This document shows, one piece after another, positions 17,495-27,471 of a stretch of 64,000 nt of DNA (positions within the stretch are counted from its first letter, which is position 1; every line of letters begins with the position of its first letter). The notes beneath the pieces are model-generated. The model had not been told where the DNA came from. It ran no database searches and was given only the letters and a program-made list of their open reading frames with translations. The DNA comes from an uncultured Candidatus Binatia bacterium (GTDB lineage Bacteria > Desulfobacterota > Binatia > Bin18). The stretch is from contig OZ241744.1 in NCBI GenBank assembly GCA_965200965.1, forward strand, positions 2,400,001 to 2,464,000. The letters are read 5' to 3'. The translations under genes were made by a program, and so were the position numbers.

Positions 17495-17952
17495 AAGGAA
17501 ATATCGCTGTCTTCATAGCCAGGAAACCGCTATCCTGAATAGGGCTCGCCGAGAACCTCTGAGACGGTGAATTTCTCGTAGTGGTTTTCGAGCTTCACCC
17601 GCACTGTGCGACTGCGGTATGAGGACCGGATTTTGAGTCGCCCAATACAATCCTCAAGCTCCTCTGTCAATTCAACCTTGTAGCGGTCTGCAAAGCGGGC
17701 CGTAACCCGGAATATCCCCCCGAACAGCCAGATGTCTTCCTCATGGTAGAACCGCATGAGCGAGAAAATACAGGGGCGATTGAATTGATCCCGTTCGGGT
17801 CGGGATTCTTGCCATTTGATCCATTTCGCCCGGTCCTCTACCCAATCGTCCAGCGGCTCTACCTTACGACCGCGAGGATTGCGGCGCGCGAAGTGGACCT
17901 TGTAATTCTCCGGGTTGTGACAAGGCCAGATTTCCTTGAGAAGATTCGCCAT
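17495..17952 (-). pseudogene. N-terminal part of a GIY-YIG-family nuclease gene, nonsense-mutated and truncated
   Basis: YKVHFAR..FNRPCIFSLM..WLFGGIF..IGRLKI; after TAG at 17530 the frame continues RFPGYED.DISF, then changes character. Confidence 0.6.
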
Positions 17953-17986
17953 AGCTTCACCTTTGAGGGCCGGAAATCTGCGCTGG

Positions 17987-19069
17987 CTAGGGCCGGACCT
18001 CATAGTAGGCGTTGATGGGGTTGTTGAAGTCGTGCCGCTTGAAGCGGCTGAAACCTGCCTCAGCAACCATCCTGCGGGCCACCGGCTCGGTAAAGCCGAG
18101 CGTGCCAAGCCCCTCGCCGTCCGGCTCGGACATGGCCGAGGACATGCAGCACAACACCGAAAAGCCGTAGAACATGGACGCCAGGGGGTTGTGCTCCAGG
18201 TTGTCTTCAAAGGTGGGCAGGCTGTGGATGTCGGCGATCAGCCAAGTGCCGTCCGGCTTGATGGCCTCGGAGATCGCGTGCATGACCGAGGTCGGGTTGG
18301 CCATGTCGTGCAGGCAGTCAAAGGTCGAGATCAAGTCAAAGCTGTGGTCGGCCGGCAGGGCATCGCCGTTGGCGTCGTGAAAGCTGACGTTGGCCAGACC
18401 TGCCTCGGCCTTTTTTTCTTCTGCCCGGGCCAGAGCGTAGTGTGAGATATCATAGCCGTGAAACTCGGAGGTGGGGTAGGCTGTGGCCATCTCAATCAGG
18501 GCGACGCCCGAGCCGCAGCCCACATCAGCCGCTTTTGCGCCGGCTTCAAGCTTGGCTACAACGCCCTCCAACTGGGGCAGGGCACGCGGCACCAGATGGG
18601 CCCGGAACCACGGCGCAATCAGCCGCTCCACCCCACGCGCGCCCTCCGGTCCAAAGGCGTCATACGGCAGGCCGAGGCCGGTCTTGAACGATTGGGGGAG
18701 TTTTTCCAACACCGCCATTTGCTGCGGCAGGGCGCAGAAACCGCCAGCGGCAAAGGCCGGGCTGTTCTCGTTGGCGAGCACCAGGGCGGCTTCGGGCGAC
18801 AGTTCAAAGCGCCCCTCGCCCCGGTATTCGAGCAGCTTGGCGGTGGCCTGTCCCTGGACCCACTCCCGAATCCAGCGCTCGTGCAGCCCCGTCTTATCGG
18901 CCAACTCCCGGCTGGTCATCGGTCCGGCGTCTTCGAGCGCCCGATACAGCCCCAAGCGGTCGCCCAGATAGACCATGCCGGATATCACCGCTCCGCCGAG
19001 CAGGCCAAAAACATGCTCGGCGATCGCCTGCACCTTTTCGCGGTCAATCTCTTTGTCGTATGCGGCCAT
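17987..19069 (-). CDS. SAM-dependent methyltransferase with N-terminal wHTH (Rv2258c-like)
   Basis: GDRLGLYRAL, ADVGCGSG, FDCLHDMANP. Confidence 0.9.
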   Translation of the reverse strand: MAAYDKEIDREKVQAIAEHVFGLLGGAVISGMVYLGDRLGLYRALEDAGPMTSRELADKTGLHERWIREWVQGQATAKLLEYRGEGRFELSPEAALVLANENSPAFAAGGFCALPQQMAVLEKLPQSFKTGLGLPYDAFGPEGARGVERLIAPWFRAHLVPRALPQLEGVVAKLEAGAKAADVGCGSGVALIEMATAYPTSEFHGYDISHYALARAEEKKAEAGLANVSFHDANGDALPADHSFDLISTFDCLHDMANPTSVMHAISEAIKPDGTWLIADIHSLPTFEDNLEHNPLASMFYGFSVLCCMSSAMSEPDGEGLGTLGFTEPVARRMVAEAGFSRFKRHDFNNPINAYYEVRP

Positions 19070-19209
19070 GTCCTGCCTCCGTCAGGTATTCTTTCCCGGC
19101 GTGTCCGCCCGTGGTCTCCTCTATCTGGCCTGCCGGCCCCTCCCTGTCAACGCAGTGGCGGCTTTCTTCCGGGGGCTCCTGACCGTCCCCCGATGGTCGC
19201 GATCGACGG

Positions 19210-19602
19210 TTATGACTGGAATAAGACCAGGCCCAGCAAGGCCACCGCGAAATAGCTGGCAATAACCACCGCGCCGGCATAATCCTGGGCCATGCGCTGG
19301 CCAAAGAAGAGACCCAGCAGGGCCACGGTGGCAACACTCACCCCCCAGATCGCCAGCTCGCCGCCGAGGCCAAACAGGACTTGCACAGCCCCAATAGCGC
19401 ACAGGACCCCGGCCGCAGACTCAATGACCGTAATCGCCCAGAACATCGGCGTCACCGTTCCGGCCAAGGGACTCTTGGAAAAATGGCCGGTCAGAAACTC
19501 GAGGTTGCCTGTGCTGTCCATCCACTTATCGGCCGCGGATTGCAGGAAAGCGACGGCAAAAAACGCGGTCACGGCAAACTGTCCAAACCACACAGGATCC
19601 AT
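19210..19602 (-). CDS. DoxX-like membrane protein
   Basis: FLQSAADK..GNLEFLTGHFSKSPL..FFGQRMAQDYAGA; 4 TM. Confidence 0.75.
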   Translation of the reverse strand: MDPVWFGQFAVTAFFAVAFLQSAADKWMDSTGNLEFLTGHFSKSPLAGTVTPMFWAITVIESAAGVLCAIGAVQVLFGLGGELAIWGVSVATVALLGLFFGQRMAQDYAGAVVIASYFAVALLGLVLFQS

Positions 19603-19615
19603 GCTGTCCTCCTTA

Positions 19616-20662
19616 TCAGAACCGGCTCAGCCTTGTCAGTACCTCGGACAGAAAAGCCTCGTACATGTGAGCTTCAGGGTATCCCGGAGTCTGGGCGAGG
19701 CCCTGCTCTTGCTTTGCGCACTCAAAATTGAACACCCGCAGCAGCCACAGCACCTCATACAACGCAAAGCTCAAAGACTCAACGATGTCCCGCCCCGCGG
19801 GGCCGTAGCCGTCGAGAAACGCGGCGAATAAATCCGGCTGTGGTGTGAACTGACCCTGCCTGTCCCTGGCCGTCCAGTACTTCATCTTCACACAATCGAG
19901 GGCCGGCGCGTCAACGACAGCGTTGTCCCAGTCAATAACAGCGGCCAGACGGCCGTCCGCAACCAGGATATTGCCTGGTGAAAAATCGTTGTGAATCAGA
20001 CACGCCGACACATTGAGGGTGTCGGGCAGACGCAGCCTGGTCGCCGCCGCGGCCAGGGCCGGGGGCAACCGCCGACGGGCGGCACCAAGCTCTCTGCTGA
20101 GGGCGCTGGGGAAGCGTTCGGACCAGCCCAGCGGCGCTTTTCCAACCGACGGGAAATCGGCGTACCAGGCTTCAAAGCGGACGCTGTGAATCTGGGCCAG
20201 GGCCCGACCCGCGGCGCGGTAGACATCTGCGCCAGACATATCCCAGAGTGGTACGCCGTCTACCCATTCATACACACAGTAGGGATGGGCCAGGACCTGA
20301 CGGGTCCAGTCGTAGTAGTGCATGCGCGGCAAGACGCTGTGTGTGCTGTCAAGTCTGCCGTGCCGGGCGCTCAGCAGGGTGTCAAACACCCGGGCAAGAG
20401 CGGTATCGGTGGACGGCCGGGCGTGGGGTTTGAGCAGGGCGCTGACAAAGGCTTCTTTGACCAGGTCTGGCTCATAGCGGTACACCTGCTCCCGGGTCCG
20501 CACCCGCAGCGCGTACGGCCGCCCGCCATACTCGACTTTGACAATCGTGTTGATATTACCGGACAGTACATCACGGATGTGCAGAGGCTGACGCCCGGAC
20601 AGCCGGGCAAAGACGCGCTCGAGCTGCCGGGTGGAAAAGGGCAGGCTGTGCGGCTCTGACAT
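19616..20662 (-). CDS. Aminoglycoside phosphotransferase-family kinase
   Basis: LIHNDFSPGNIL, AVIDWDNA. Confidence 0.85.
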   Translation of the reverse strand: MSEPHSLPFSTRQLERVFARLSGRQPLHIRDVLSGNINTIVKVEYGGRPYALRVRTREQVYRYEPDLVKEAFVSALLKPHARPSTDTALARVFDTLLSARHGRLDSTHSVLPRMHYYDWTRQVLAHPYCVYEWVDGVPLWDMSGADVYRAAGRALAQIHSVRFEAWYADFPSVGKAPLGWSERFPSALSRELGAARRRLPPALAAAATRLRLPDTLNVSACLIHNDFSPGNILVADGRLAAVIDWDNAVVDAPALDCVKMKYWTARDRQGQFTPQPDLFAAFLDGYGPAGRDIVESLSFALYEVLWLLRVFNFECAKQEQGLAQTPGYPEAHMYEAFLSEVLTRLSRF

Positions 20663-20679
20663 GCTGCCGGCTTGTCCCC

Positions 20680-21465
20680 TCACTCCCCCGGCCGGCTGGC
20701 GATTGACGAAGACAGCAGCCCGCCGTCAACGAGCAGGGTTTGTCCCCGAATAAAATCGGCGTCCTCGGAGCACAGAAAGGCCGCCGCGGCGGCGATATCG
20801 TCGGGTCGCCCAACCCGGCCGGCCGGGGTAGCGGGAATCACGTCCCGCTCGTACTGGGCGTAGGCATCCTCACCGCCGGCGTACAGCTTTGACGAGTCGG
20901 TTCTAATCAGGCCGGGGCTGATGCCGTTGACCGCTATCCCGTGGGGACCGAGTTCGTGGGCCAGGTACATGGTCATGTTTTCCAGGGCAGCTTTGGCCGC
21001 TCCCAACAGGCCGTGTCGGGACAGCACACGCAGCGAGTCAATGCCCGAGATGGTCACAATTTTGGCCCGGCGGCCGCGCATCAGCGGCACGGCCTCCTGC
21101 ACGGCCAGCAGCGAGCCGGTGATGGTGAGATCAAATGTCCGTCTCACATTATGCTCTTTCTGCTGCAACAGCGGCCGAAACGCCGTTGCCGCCGCGTTCA
21201 CGACCAGGATGTCAAGCCGTCCATAGTGCTGTCCGACCTGCCGGAACATGGCGCGCACCGCGTCGCTGTCGCTCATATCGGCCTGGACCGCGACCGCCGG
21301 CAAGCCGCACCGCTCGACCTCGGCGACAACCGCCCGGGCCTGTTCGGCGTTGCGGCGATAATTGATCACAATCCGCGCACCTTCCGAGGCCAGACGCAGG
21401 GCAATCGCCCGGCCAATGCCGCGCGAAGAGCCGCTAATCAGGGCCACCTTGTCTGTAAATCGCAC
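20680..21465 (-). CDS. SDR oxidoreductase (FabL-like enoyl reductase)
   Basis: SGSSRGIG, NAAATAFRPL, GAAKAALE, TPAGRVG. Confidence 0.85.
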   Translation of the reverse strand: MRFTDKVALISGSSRGIGRAIALRLASEGARIVINYRRNAEQARAVVAEVERCGLPAVAVQADMSDSDAVRAMFRQVGQHYGRLDILVVNAAATAFRPLLQQKEHNVRRTFDLTITGSLLAVQEAVPLMRGRRAKIVTISGIDSLRVLSRHGLLGAAKAALENMTMYLAHELGPHGIAVNGISPGLIRTDSSKLYAGGEDAYAQYERDVIPATPAGRVGRPDDIAAAAAFLCSEDADFIRGQTLLVDGGLLSSSIASRPGE

Positions 21466-21476
21466 GCCCGCGGTCC

Positions 21477-22238
21477 TCAGCCGGCCATAGTCAGGCCGCC
21501 ACTCACCGACAGGACCTGGCCGGTTACAAAATCCGCATCTGGCGAGGCAAAAAACGCCACCGCATTGGCGATCTCTTCGGGCTGACCCAGCCGGCGGAAC
21601 GGTACCGCCCGGGTCATGGCCTCAATCACCCGCGCGCCGCGTTCCCCCGAGGTGACTTGCTGGAGCAGCGCCGTATCGGTTGGACCGGGACAGACGACAT
21701 TGACGGTGACCTGTGAGCGAGCCAATTCGCGGGCCAGGGTTTTGGAAAACCCGATGATGCCGGCCTTACACGCCGAGTAGACGGCCTCGCCGGTTGAGCC
21801 GACCCGGCCGGCGTCCGAACTGATCGAAATGATCTTGCCCTGCTTGCGCTCTATCATCTGCGGGGCGATCGCGTGGCAGAAATTGATCGGGCCCCTCAGG
21901 TTAATCGCAATGACCTTGTCCCAGGTCTCGGGCGCGCTCTCAACAAATGGCTCAATTTTGTCCCAGCCGGCGTTATTGACCAGAATGTCGATCGGCCCCC
22001 AGGTGTCGGCCACACGCCGCACACAGGCCCGAACCTGGCTGAGCTGGGTCACATCGGTGGGAGTGGCCAGCGCCTGGCCTCCCGTGGCAGTGAGTTCATT
22101 AGCGGTCTGCCGGGCTTCGGGTTCCAGAATATCGGCAATCGCAACCCTGGCACCTTCTTCGGCCAGCCGCCGGCTGATCGCCCGGCCAATGCCCCGGCTG
22201 CCGCCCGTCACCAGCGCGACTTTGTCTGTGATACGCAT
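21477..22238 (-). CDS. SDR oxidoreductase (BadH/FabG-like)
   Basis: TGGSRGIG, NNAGWD, SSDAGRVGS, YSACK, PGPTDT. Confidence 0.9.
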   Translation of the reverse strand: MRITDKVALVTGGSRGIGRAISRRLAEEGARVAIADILEPEARQTANELTATGGQALATPTDVTQLSQVRACVRRVADTWGPIDILVNNAGWDKIEPFVESAPETWDKVIAINLRGPINFCHAIAPQMIERKQGKIISISSDAGRVGSTGEAVYSACKAGIIGFSKTLARELARSQVTVNVVCPGPTDTALLQQVTSGERGARVIEAMTRAVPFRRLGQPEEIANAVAFFASPDADFVTGQVLSVSGGLTMAG

Positions 22239-22396
22239 CCCTCTTCCTCCATAGCTGAGCCAACAAGACGGGAGCACAGGTAACATGCTGGTCCAGAAGG
22301 TTCAATCGCAAACAGGAACAAGGCAGGGAAACCGGCTCCCCCTCCCCTTGGCCGCGGTGGTCGAAGAGCTATAATGAGGGCCGTTCAGGAGGCTGC

Positions 22397-23410
22397 ATGT
22401 TGCCCGACAGCTACAATCGTCCGCTCAAAGACCTGCGTATCTCGGTGACAGACCGGTGTAATTTTCGCTGCACCTACTGCATGCCGCTCGACGAGTACGA
22501 GTGGCTGGAGAAGAGCGAAGTCCTGTCCTTTGAAGAAATTACCCGGGTGGTAGGCCTGTTTGTGCAGGTGGGCGTGGAAAAAGTCCGCCTGACCGGTGGC
22601 GAACCCCTGGCACGACGGGATGTGGAGAAACTGATCGGTCAACTCTCGGCCCTCGAAAATGCTCCTGAACTGTGCCTGACGACGAACGGCTCGCTGCTGG
22701 CCGATAAAGCCGCCGGCCTCAAAGCGGCCGGCCTGCACCGTATCAACGTCAGCCTCGACTCGCTCAAGCCCGGCCGCTTTCGTCGGATGACCAGACGGGG
22801 CGACCTCAACAGGGTCCTGGACGGCCTGTTTGCCGCCAAACGGGCCGGTCTGTCTCCGATTAAAATCAATGCGGTTGTTGAACGCGGGGTCAATGACGAC
22901 GAGATACTCGACTTGGTCGCCTTCGCGCGGGAGCACGGCTTTGCCCTGCGTTTTATTGAATTCATGGATGTCGGCAATGCCAACCGTTGGCAGTCTGACA
23001 AAATCGTCACCAAACAAGACATTCTCCAGACGATTCATCGCCGGTTTCCGCTGCGTGAGATTGGCCGGGACAAGGGCAGCGCGCCGTCGGTCGATTATAC
23101 GTTTGTGGATGGGGACGGTGATATCGGTGTGATTGCTTCGGTCAGTGAGCCGTTTTGTTCCAGCTGTACGCGGGCACGCCTGACCGCCGACGGCAAGTTC
23201 GTCACCTGCCTGTTTTCCAACACCGGCTATAATCTGAAAGCCCTGCTGCGGGGCGGCGCGGCTGAGGACGAGCTGCTGGCCGTCCTCAGCCACCTCTGGG
23301 GGAAGCGCCGGGACCGCTATTCAGAAGAGCGGCTGGCGGCGCTGCGGTCTGCGGCCGGCTACGACCCCAGAGAGCGCAAAAAAATCGAAATGATCAGTTT
23401 GGGCGGCTGA
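22397..23410 (+). CDS. moaA: GTP 3',8-cyclase MoaA
   Basis: LRISVTDRCNFRCTYC, CSSCTRARLTADG..CL, C-terminal GG. Confidence 0.95.
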   Translation: MLPDSYNRPLKDLRISVTDRCNFRCTYCMPLDEYEWLEKSEVLSFEEITRVVGLFVQVGVEKVRLTGGEPLARRDVEKLIGQLSALENAPELCLTTNGSLLADKAAGLKAAGLHRINVSLDSLKPGRFRRMTRRGDLNRVLDGLFAAKRAGLSPIKINAVVERGVNDDEILDLVAFAREHGFALRFIEFMDVGNANRWQSDKIVTKQDILQTIHRRFPLREIGRDKGSAPSVDYTFVDGDGDIGVIASVSEPFCSSCTRARLTADGKFVTCLFSNTGYNLKALLRGGAAEDELLAVLSHLWGKRRDRYSEERLAALRSAAGYDPRERKKIEMISLGG

Positions 23411-23984
23411 CCTGTAACCCGGTCGTCAACTCCGGCAGGGCGGCCAGGGTCTTGAGATCATACACGCTGACAGCCCCACCCCCGCGATTGTCTTCGAGTT
23501 GCAACACCCCAACTGTTCCGGGCTGCGCCGCATAATTGTGTGGGAATGTCGGGCTGCCGGGATTAATAACGAGCACCTCGCCGTGACGCTTCACGCCCTC
23601 GACGTGGGTATGGCCACACACAATCAGGTCGGTGCGCCCGTCAAAGTAGAACTCCATAGTGCGCTCAATGGGCCACCGGGGAAATTCATCGGGGTCCAGC
23701 ACATCGTGTACCAGCCCAATCCGATAGCCAGCCGCGCAGGTGACCGCGGCATCACGCAGGCGCGGATCTTCGGGCACCAGCGGGCGGCCGCCCGAGCCGT
23801 CGTCACCGTTGCCCCGACAGGCGAGCACCGGGGCAATTTCTTCCAGCCAATCGAGGACCTCAAGACAGTGCAGGTCCCCGGCGTGGAGGATCAGATCCGC
23901 TCCGGCAAAAATGGTGCGAACCTGGCTCGGCAGTTCGGGCATCGCTTCAGGAATATGGGTGTCGGCAATCAGGCCAATTTTCAT
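23394..23984 (-). CDS. Metallophosphoesterase (YfcE/MJ0936-like)
   Basis: ADTH, HAGD, RGNGD, GHTH, INPGS. Confidence 0.9.
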   Translation of the reverse strand: MKIGLIADTHIPEAMPELPSQVRTIFAGADLILHAGDLHCLEVLDWLEEIAPVLACRGNGDDGSGGRPLVPEDPRLRDAAVTCAAGYRIGLVHDVLDPDEFPRWPIERTMEFYFDGRTDLIVCGHTHVEGVKRHGEVLVINPGSPTFPHNYAAQPGTVGVLQLEDNRGGGAVSVYDLKTLAALPELTTGLQVSRPN

Positions 23985-24083
23985 CCGCCGCCTCGCTTTC
24001 TCCGGGCAACTCTATCGGCTGGACAGGAGTTTGGCAATGTGAGATGCAGGGAGGAAAGCTTCACGCAAGAAGGGAGTCGGAGT

Positions 24084-25247
24084 ATGTCCAGCACAGATAC
24101 GAGTCTCGCACTCACGACGCTGAGCGAAGAAGAGGGGCTGTTTCAGTCTATGGTCCGGGAGTTTGCCGAGGAGAGGGTCAAACCTCAGGTCATGGACATG
24201 GACCGGGCGGCAAAGCTCCCACGCGAACTGATTGACCAGTTGTTTGGCCTGGGGGTGATGGGCATTGAAATTCCGCTGGTGTACGGCGGGGCGGGGTCAA
24301 GTTTTTTCATGGCGATTCTGGCCATTGAAGCAATGGCCCAGACCGATCCCGCGGTGTCGGTGTGTGTCGATGTCCAAAACACCCTGGTCGTCAACGCCTT
24401 TCTGCACTGGCTCACGCCGGACCAGCAGGCCAGGTTCCTCCCCAGGCTGGCCAAAGACACGGTCGGAAGCTATTCGCTGTCGGAGTCCGGCTCGGGCAGC
24501 GATGCGTTTGCCCTGAAAACCCAGGCACGCCCGGACGGCGACACCTATGTGCTGAACGGTCGCAAGATGTGGGTCACAAATGGAGATGACGCGGGGCTGT
24601 ATATGCTGTTCGCCAACGCCGACCCCGACAAGGGCTATAAGGGGATCACCGGCTTTGTCATTGACCGTGAGATGCCCGGTTTCAGCGTCGGCAAGAAAGA
24701 GGACAAACTCGGCATCCGGGCCAGCTCGACCTGTGAGTTGCTTCTGGAAGATGTGCGGGTACCGCGCGAAAACGTCATCGGCCAGGTCGGCCAGGGCTAC
24801 AAGGTCGCCATTGAGGCACTCAACGAGGGACGGATCGGTATTGCAGCCCAAATGATCGGCCTCGCCCAAGGCGCGTTTGGGGCGGCCAAAGATTATGCCC
24901 TTGAGCGCCGGCAGTTCGGGCAGGCAATTGCGCAGTTCCAGGCTGTGCAGTTTCAGTTGGCCGAGATGGCGACCGAAATCGAAGCCGGCCGTTTGATGGT
25001 CTATAATGCGGCACGGCTGAAAGACTGCGGACAGCCGTTCCGGCAGCAGGCGGCGATGGCCAAGTATTATTGCTCGCAGATTGCCGAGCGGGTGGCCTCG
25101 CAGTCGCTCGAAATTTTTGGCGGCAACGGTTTCATCAAAGACTTTCCGGCCGAGAAGTTCTACCGCGACGCCAAAATCGGTAAAATCTACGAGGGCACGA
25201 CCAACATCCAGCTCCAGACGATCGCCAGGAACATGTTGGGGAGATAA
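24084..25247 (+). CDS. Acyl-CoA dehydrogenase (short/branched-chain-like)
   Basis: SLSESGSGSD, LNGRKMWVTNG, KLGIRASST, RDAKIGKIYEGT. Confidence 0.95.
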   Translation: MSSTDTSLALTTLSEEEGLFQSMVREFAEERVKPQVMDMDRAAKLPRELIDQLFGLGVMGIEIPLVYGGAGSSFFMAILAIEAMAQTDPAVSVCVDVQNTLVVNAFLHWLTPDQQARFLPRLAKDTVGSYSLSESGSGSDAFALKTQARPDGDTYVLNGRKMWVTNGDDAGLYMLFANADPDKGYKGITGFVIDREMPGFSVGKKEDKLGIRASSTCELLLEDVRVPRENVIGQVGQGYKVAIEALNEGRIGIAAQMIGLAQGAFGAAKDYALERRQFGQAIAQFQAVQFQLAEMATEIEAGRLMVYNAARLKDCGQPFRQQAAMAKYYCSQIAERVASQSLEIFGGNGFIKDFPAEKFYRDAKIGKIYEGTTNIQLQTIARNMLGR

Positions 25248-25251
25248 ACAC

Positions 25252-26129
25252 ATGGCACGACCGACCCGTATTGTCACCGACACCATGGCTGGGCTGAACC
25301 TGCCCGATTTCGATATCTGGAGTGGCTGGGTCTCGACCGTGCTCGGCCAGAATCCCGGCCCATTCACCGGTCCCGGCACCAACACCTACCTGGTCGGCAC
25401 AGGCAAGAGACCGATTCTGCTCGATACCGGAATCGGTCGTGAGGTGTATGACCCCCTGCTCAAGCAGGGCTTGGCCGAGACCAAGAACGGCGCGACCGAG
25501 TTGCAAGAAATCGTCATTACCCATGTCCACCAGGACCATATCGGCGGCACGCTCCACGTTCAGGCCCAGTTTGGCGACTTACGGGTGTCCAAAAAAGCCT
25601 GGCCGGGGAAAGACGAGGTTTACGACTTTCCGCTGACCTATATCGAAGACGGGGCCAGGATTGAGACCGACGGGGCCACGCTGCGGGCGATTCATACCCC
25701 GGGTCACGCCAAGGATCATCTGTGCTACTACCTGGAAGAAGAAAAAGCCTTGTTCACCGCGACCTGGTCCTTGGAGCCGGCACGACCGTGATTCCGGAAG
25801 AGGGTGGCGGCCTGATCGAATATCTGCCCTCGCTGCGGAAACTCCTCGCCCTTGACCTGTCGGTCATTTATCCGGCCCACGGCCCAGCCATCCGCGAGCC
25901 GTACAGGAAACTGAACGAGTATATTGCCCACCGGGAACTCCGCGAGCAGCAAGTGCTTGACGCCCTGCGGGCCGGGCTGAGTGAGATTCCGGTCATGGTC
26001 AGGCGCATCTATGTTGATGTGCCCGAGTTTCTGCACCAGGCCGCGGCCGGCTCAGTCCGCTCCCACCTCATCAAGCTGGAAAAAGAGGGGGCGGTGAAAC
26101 ACGATGGAGAAGAGTGGACGCTGAGCTAG
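25252..26129 (+). pseudogene. LACTB2-like metallo-beta-lactamase-fold hydrolase with a 1-base deletion near 25759
   Basis: NPGPFTGPGTNTY, THVHQDH, HTPGH in one frame; DLVLG..IYPAHG in another; ttcaccgcgac lacks one base of F-T-G-D. Confidence 0.85.
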
Positions 26130-26153
26130 CCTTGTATCCTGCGGAGGAGGCTC

Positions 26154-27371
26154 CTAATCGGCATCTTCGTCCGATGGAAGTTCCAGCAATTTAACCGTTG
26201 GAACGGTGTCTCCGGCTATCCCTTTTATGGAGTTGTACATATAGCTTGTATTTCGTAGAATCGCTTCTATTTGTTTCTCTCTCCTTTTCCATAGCCCCTC
26301 AATGGATTGTTTTTCCTGGGCTAAGTCCCGTTGCATGTTGGTAAAGCCTGTCACAATGGCTTCAACCTGCATGCGAAACTCGTTGCTCGTGACAAAATCG
26401 TAGACCATATTCTTTTTATCCCCTCTCTGTTCTTGTGACCCCTTCGCATCACTAAGTTTGATGATGGAATCACGAAGAACAGTGCATAGGCCCTTAAATT
26501 CGTCAAACGAACAGACCCAAACGCCTCCCATCAAATCAAGACGATCCTTGCCCTTTGGCATAGACTCTGTGACAAGCACCCCGATGTCTGCGTTCTTTTC
26601 CCGGATATCAGCCTGAAATTTCTCAATCCATTTCGGCTGAAATGACTTTGTGCGTTCGCTTTCATAATATATCAAGCCGACATTCCGGCGGGTGGGAGTA
26701 TTCACTCTCTGCAAGCAATCCGCTCCTTTCCGCCCCGGTTTTATTTCCTCAATAGTATCCAGAGGAAACTGCTCCTTCAGCCATGTTTCTATGGCCGACT
26801 GTTGCACGGCTCCCTGCAACTGTTGAGAGCCTTGTTCCGCTTTGCGTTGGGCTTCTTGAATTTGCTCTTGTAGTTGTTTGATTATTTTTTCTTTTTCGGA
26901 GAGTCGGAACTCAACCTTAGACTGTTCCGATGCACGAATCTGCTGTGTCTGTTCTCTCAGTTGTTCGGTGAGTTTCCTTTCCGTTTCCAACTGAATTTCT
27001 TCCCTGAGTTCTTCCTTTTCCCGCTTGAGTCTTTCAACATTGGCTTTCGCTTTGTTGAGATCTTGAACTTGGCGAGATTTTTCGTTGAGCTCATCCTGTA
27101 AAGATTTGATTTGATCGGCTTGATCTTCCTCAATCTTTTTCTTCAGACTTTTTTCGATCTCAGATCTTTCTTCTTGGCGTACTTTGACGAGCCTGTCATC
27201 ATATTCCTTTCTCAGTTCTTCAAGCTCAGATCTTTCTTCTTGGCGTACTTTGACGAGCCTGTCATCATATTCCTTTCTCAGTTCTTCTTCCAATTGGTGA
27301 GAAAGGACTTCGCCAATGTTTTCTGATATTTCTTTCCCACAATGCGGACAGTGGATTTGTTTTGAGTCCAT
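26154..27371 (-). CDS. DUF2130-like coiled-coil protein
   Basis: N-terminal CPHC, coiled coil, GSQQLQG, FPLDTIEEI, GADC, YYES.RTK; low GC. Confidence 0.85.
   Translation of the reverse strand: MDSKQIHCPHCGKEISENIGEVLSHQLEEELRKEYDDRLVKVRQEERSELEELRKEYDDRLVKVRQEERSEIEKSLKKKIEEDQADQIKSLQDELNEKSRQVQDLNKAKANVERLKREKEELREEIQLETERKLTEQLREQTQQIRASEQSKVEFRLSEKEKIIKQLQEQIQEAQRKAEQGSQQLQGAVQQSAIETWLKEQFPLDTIEEIKPGRKGADCLQRVNTPTRRNVGLIYYESERTKSFQPKWIEKFQADIREKNADIGVLVTESMPKGKDRLDLMGGVWVCSFDEFKGLCTVLRDSIIKLSDAKGSQEQRGDKKNMVYDFVTSNEFRMQVEAIVTGFTNMQRDLAQEKQSIEGLWKRREKQIEAILRNTSYMYNSIKGIAGDTVPTVKLLELPSDEDAD
27159..27287. repeat. Perfect in-frame tandem duplication (66-bp period)
   Basis: 63 identical bp at 27159..27221 and 27225..27287 (EELRKEYDDRLVKVRQEERSE x2). 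Confidence 0.95.
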
Positions 27372-27471
27372 CACTTTTCTCCCCTTTCGTTGTTTTTTAC
27401 TCCGCCAGCACGAAAGCGCCGAGGCTGTCAATGTGGATGAGCGCCACTAGCAGCCCCAATTGAGGCGGACG

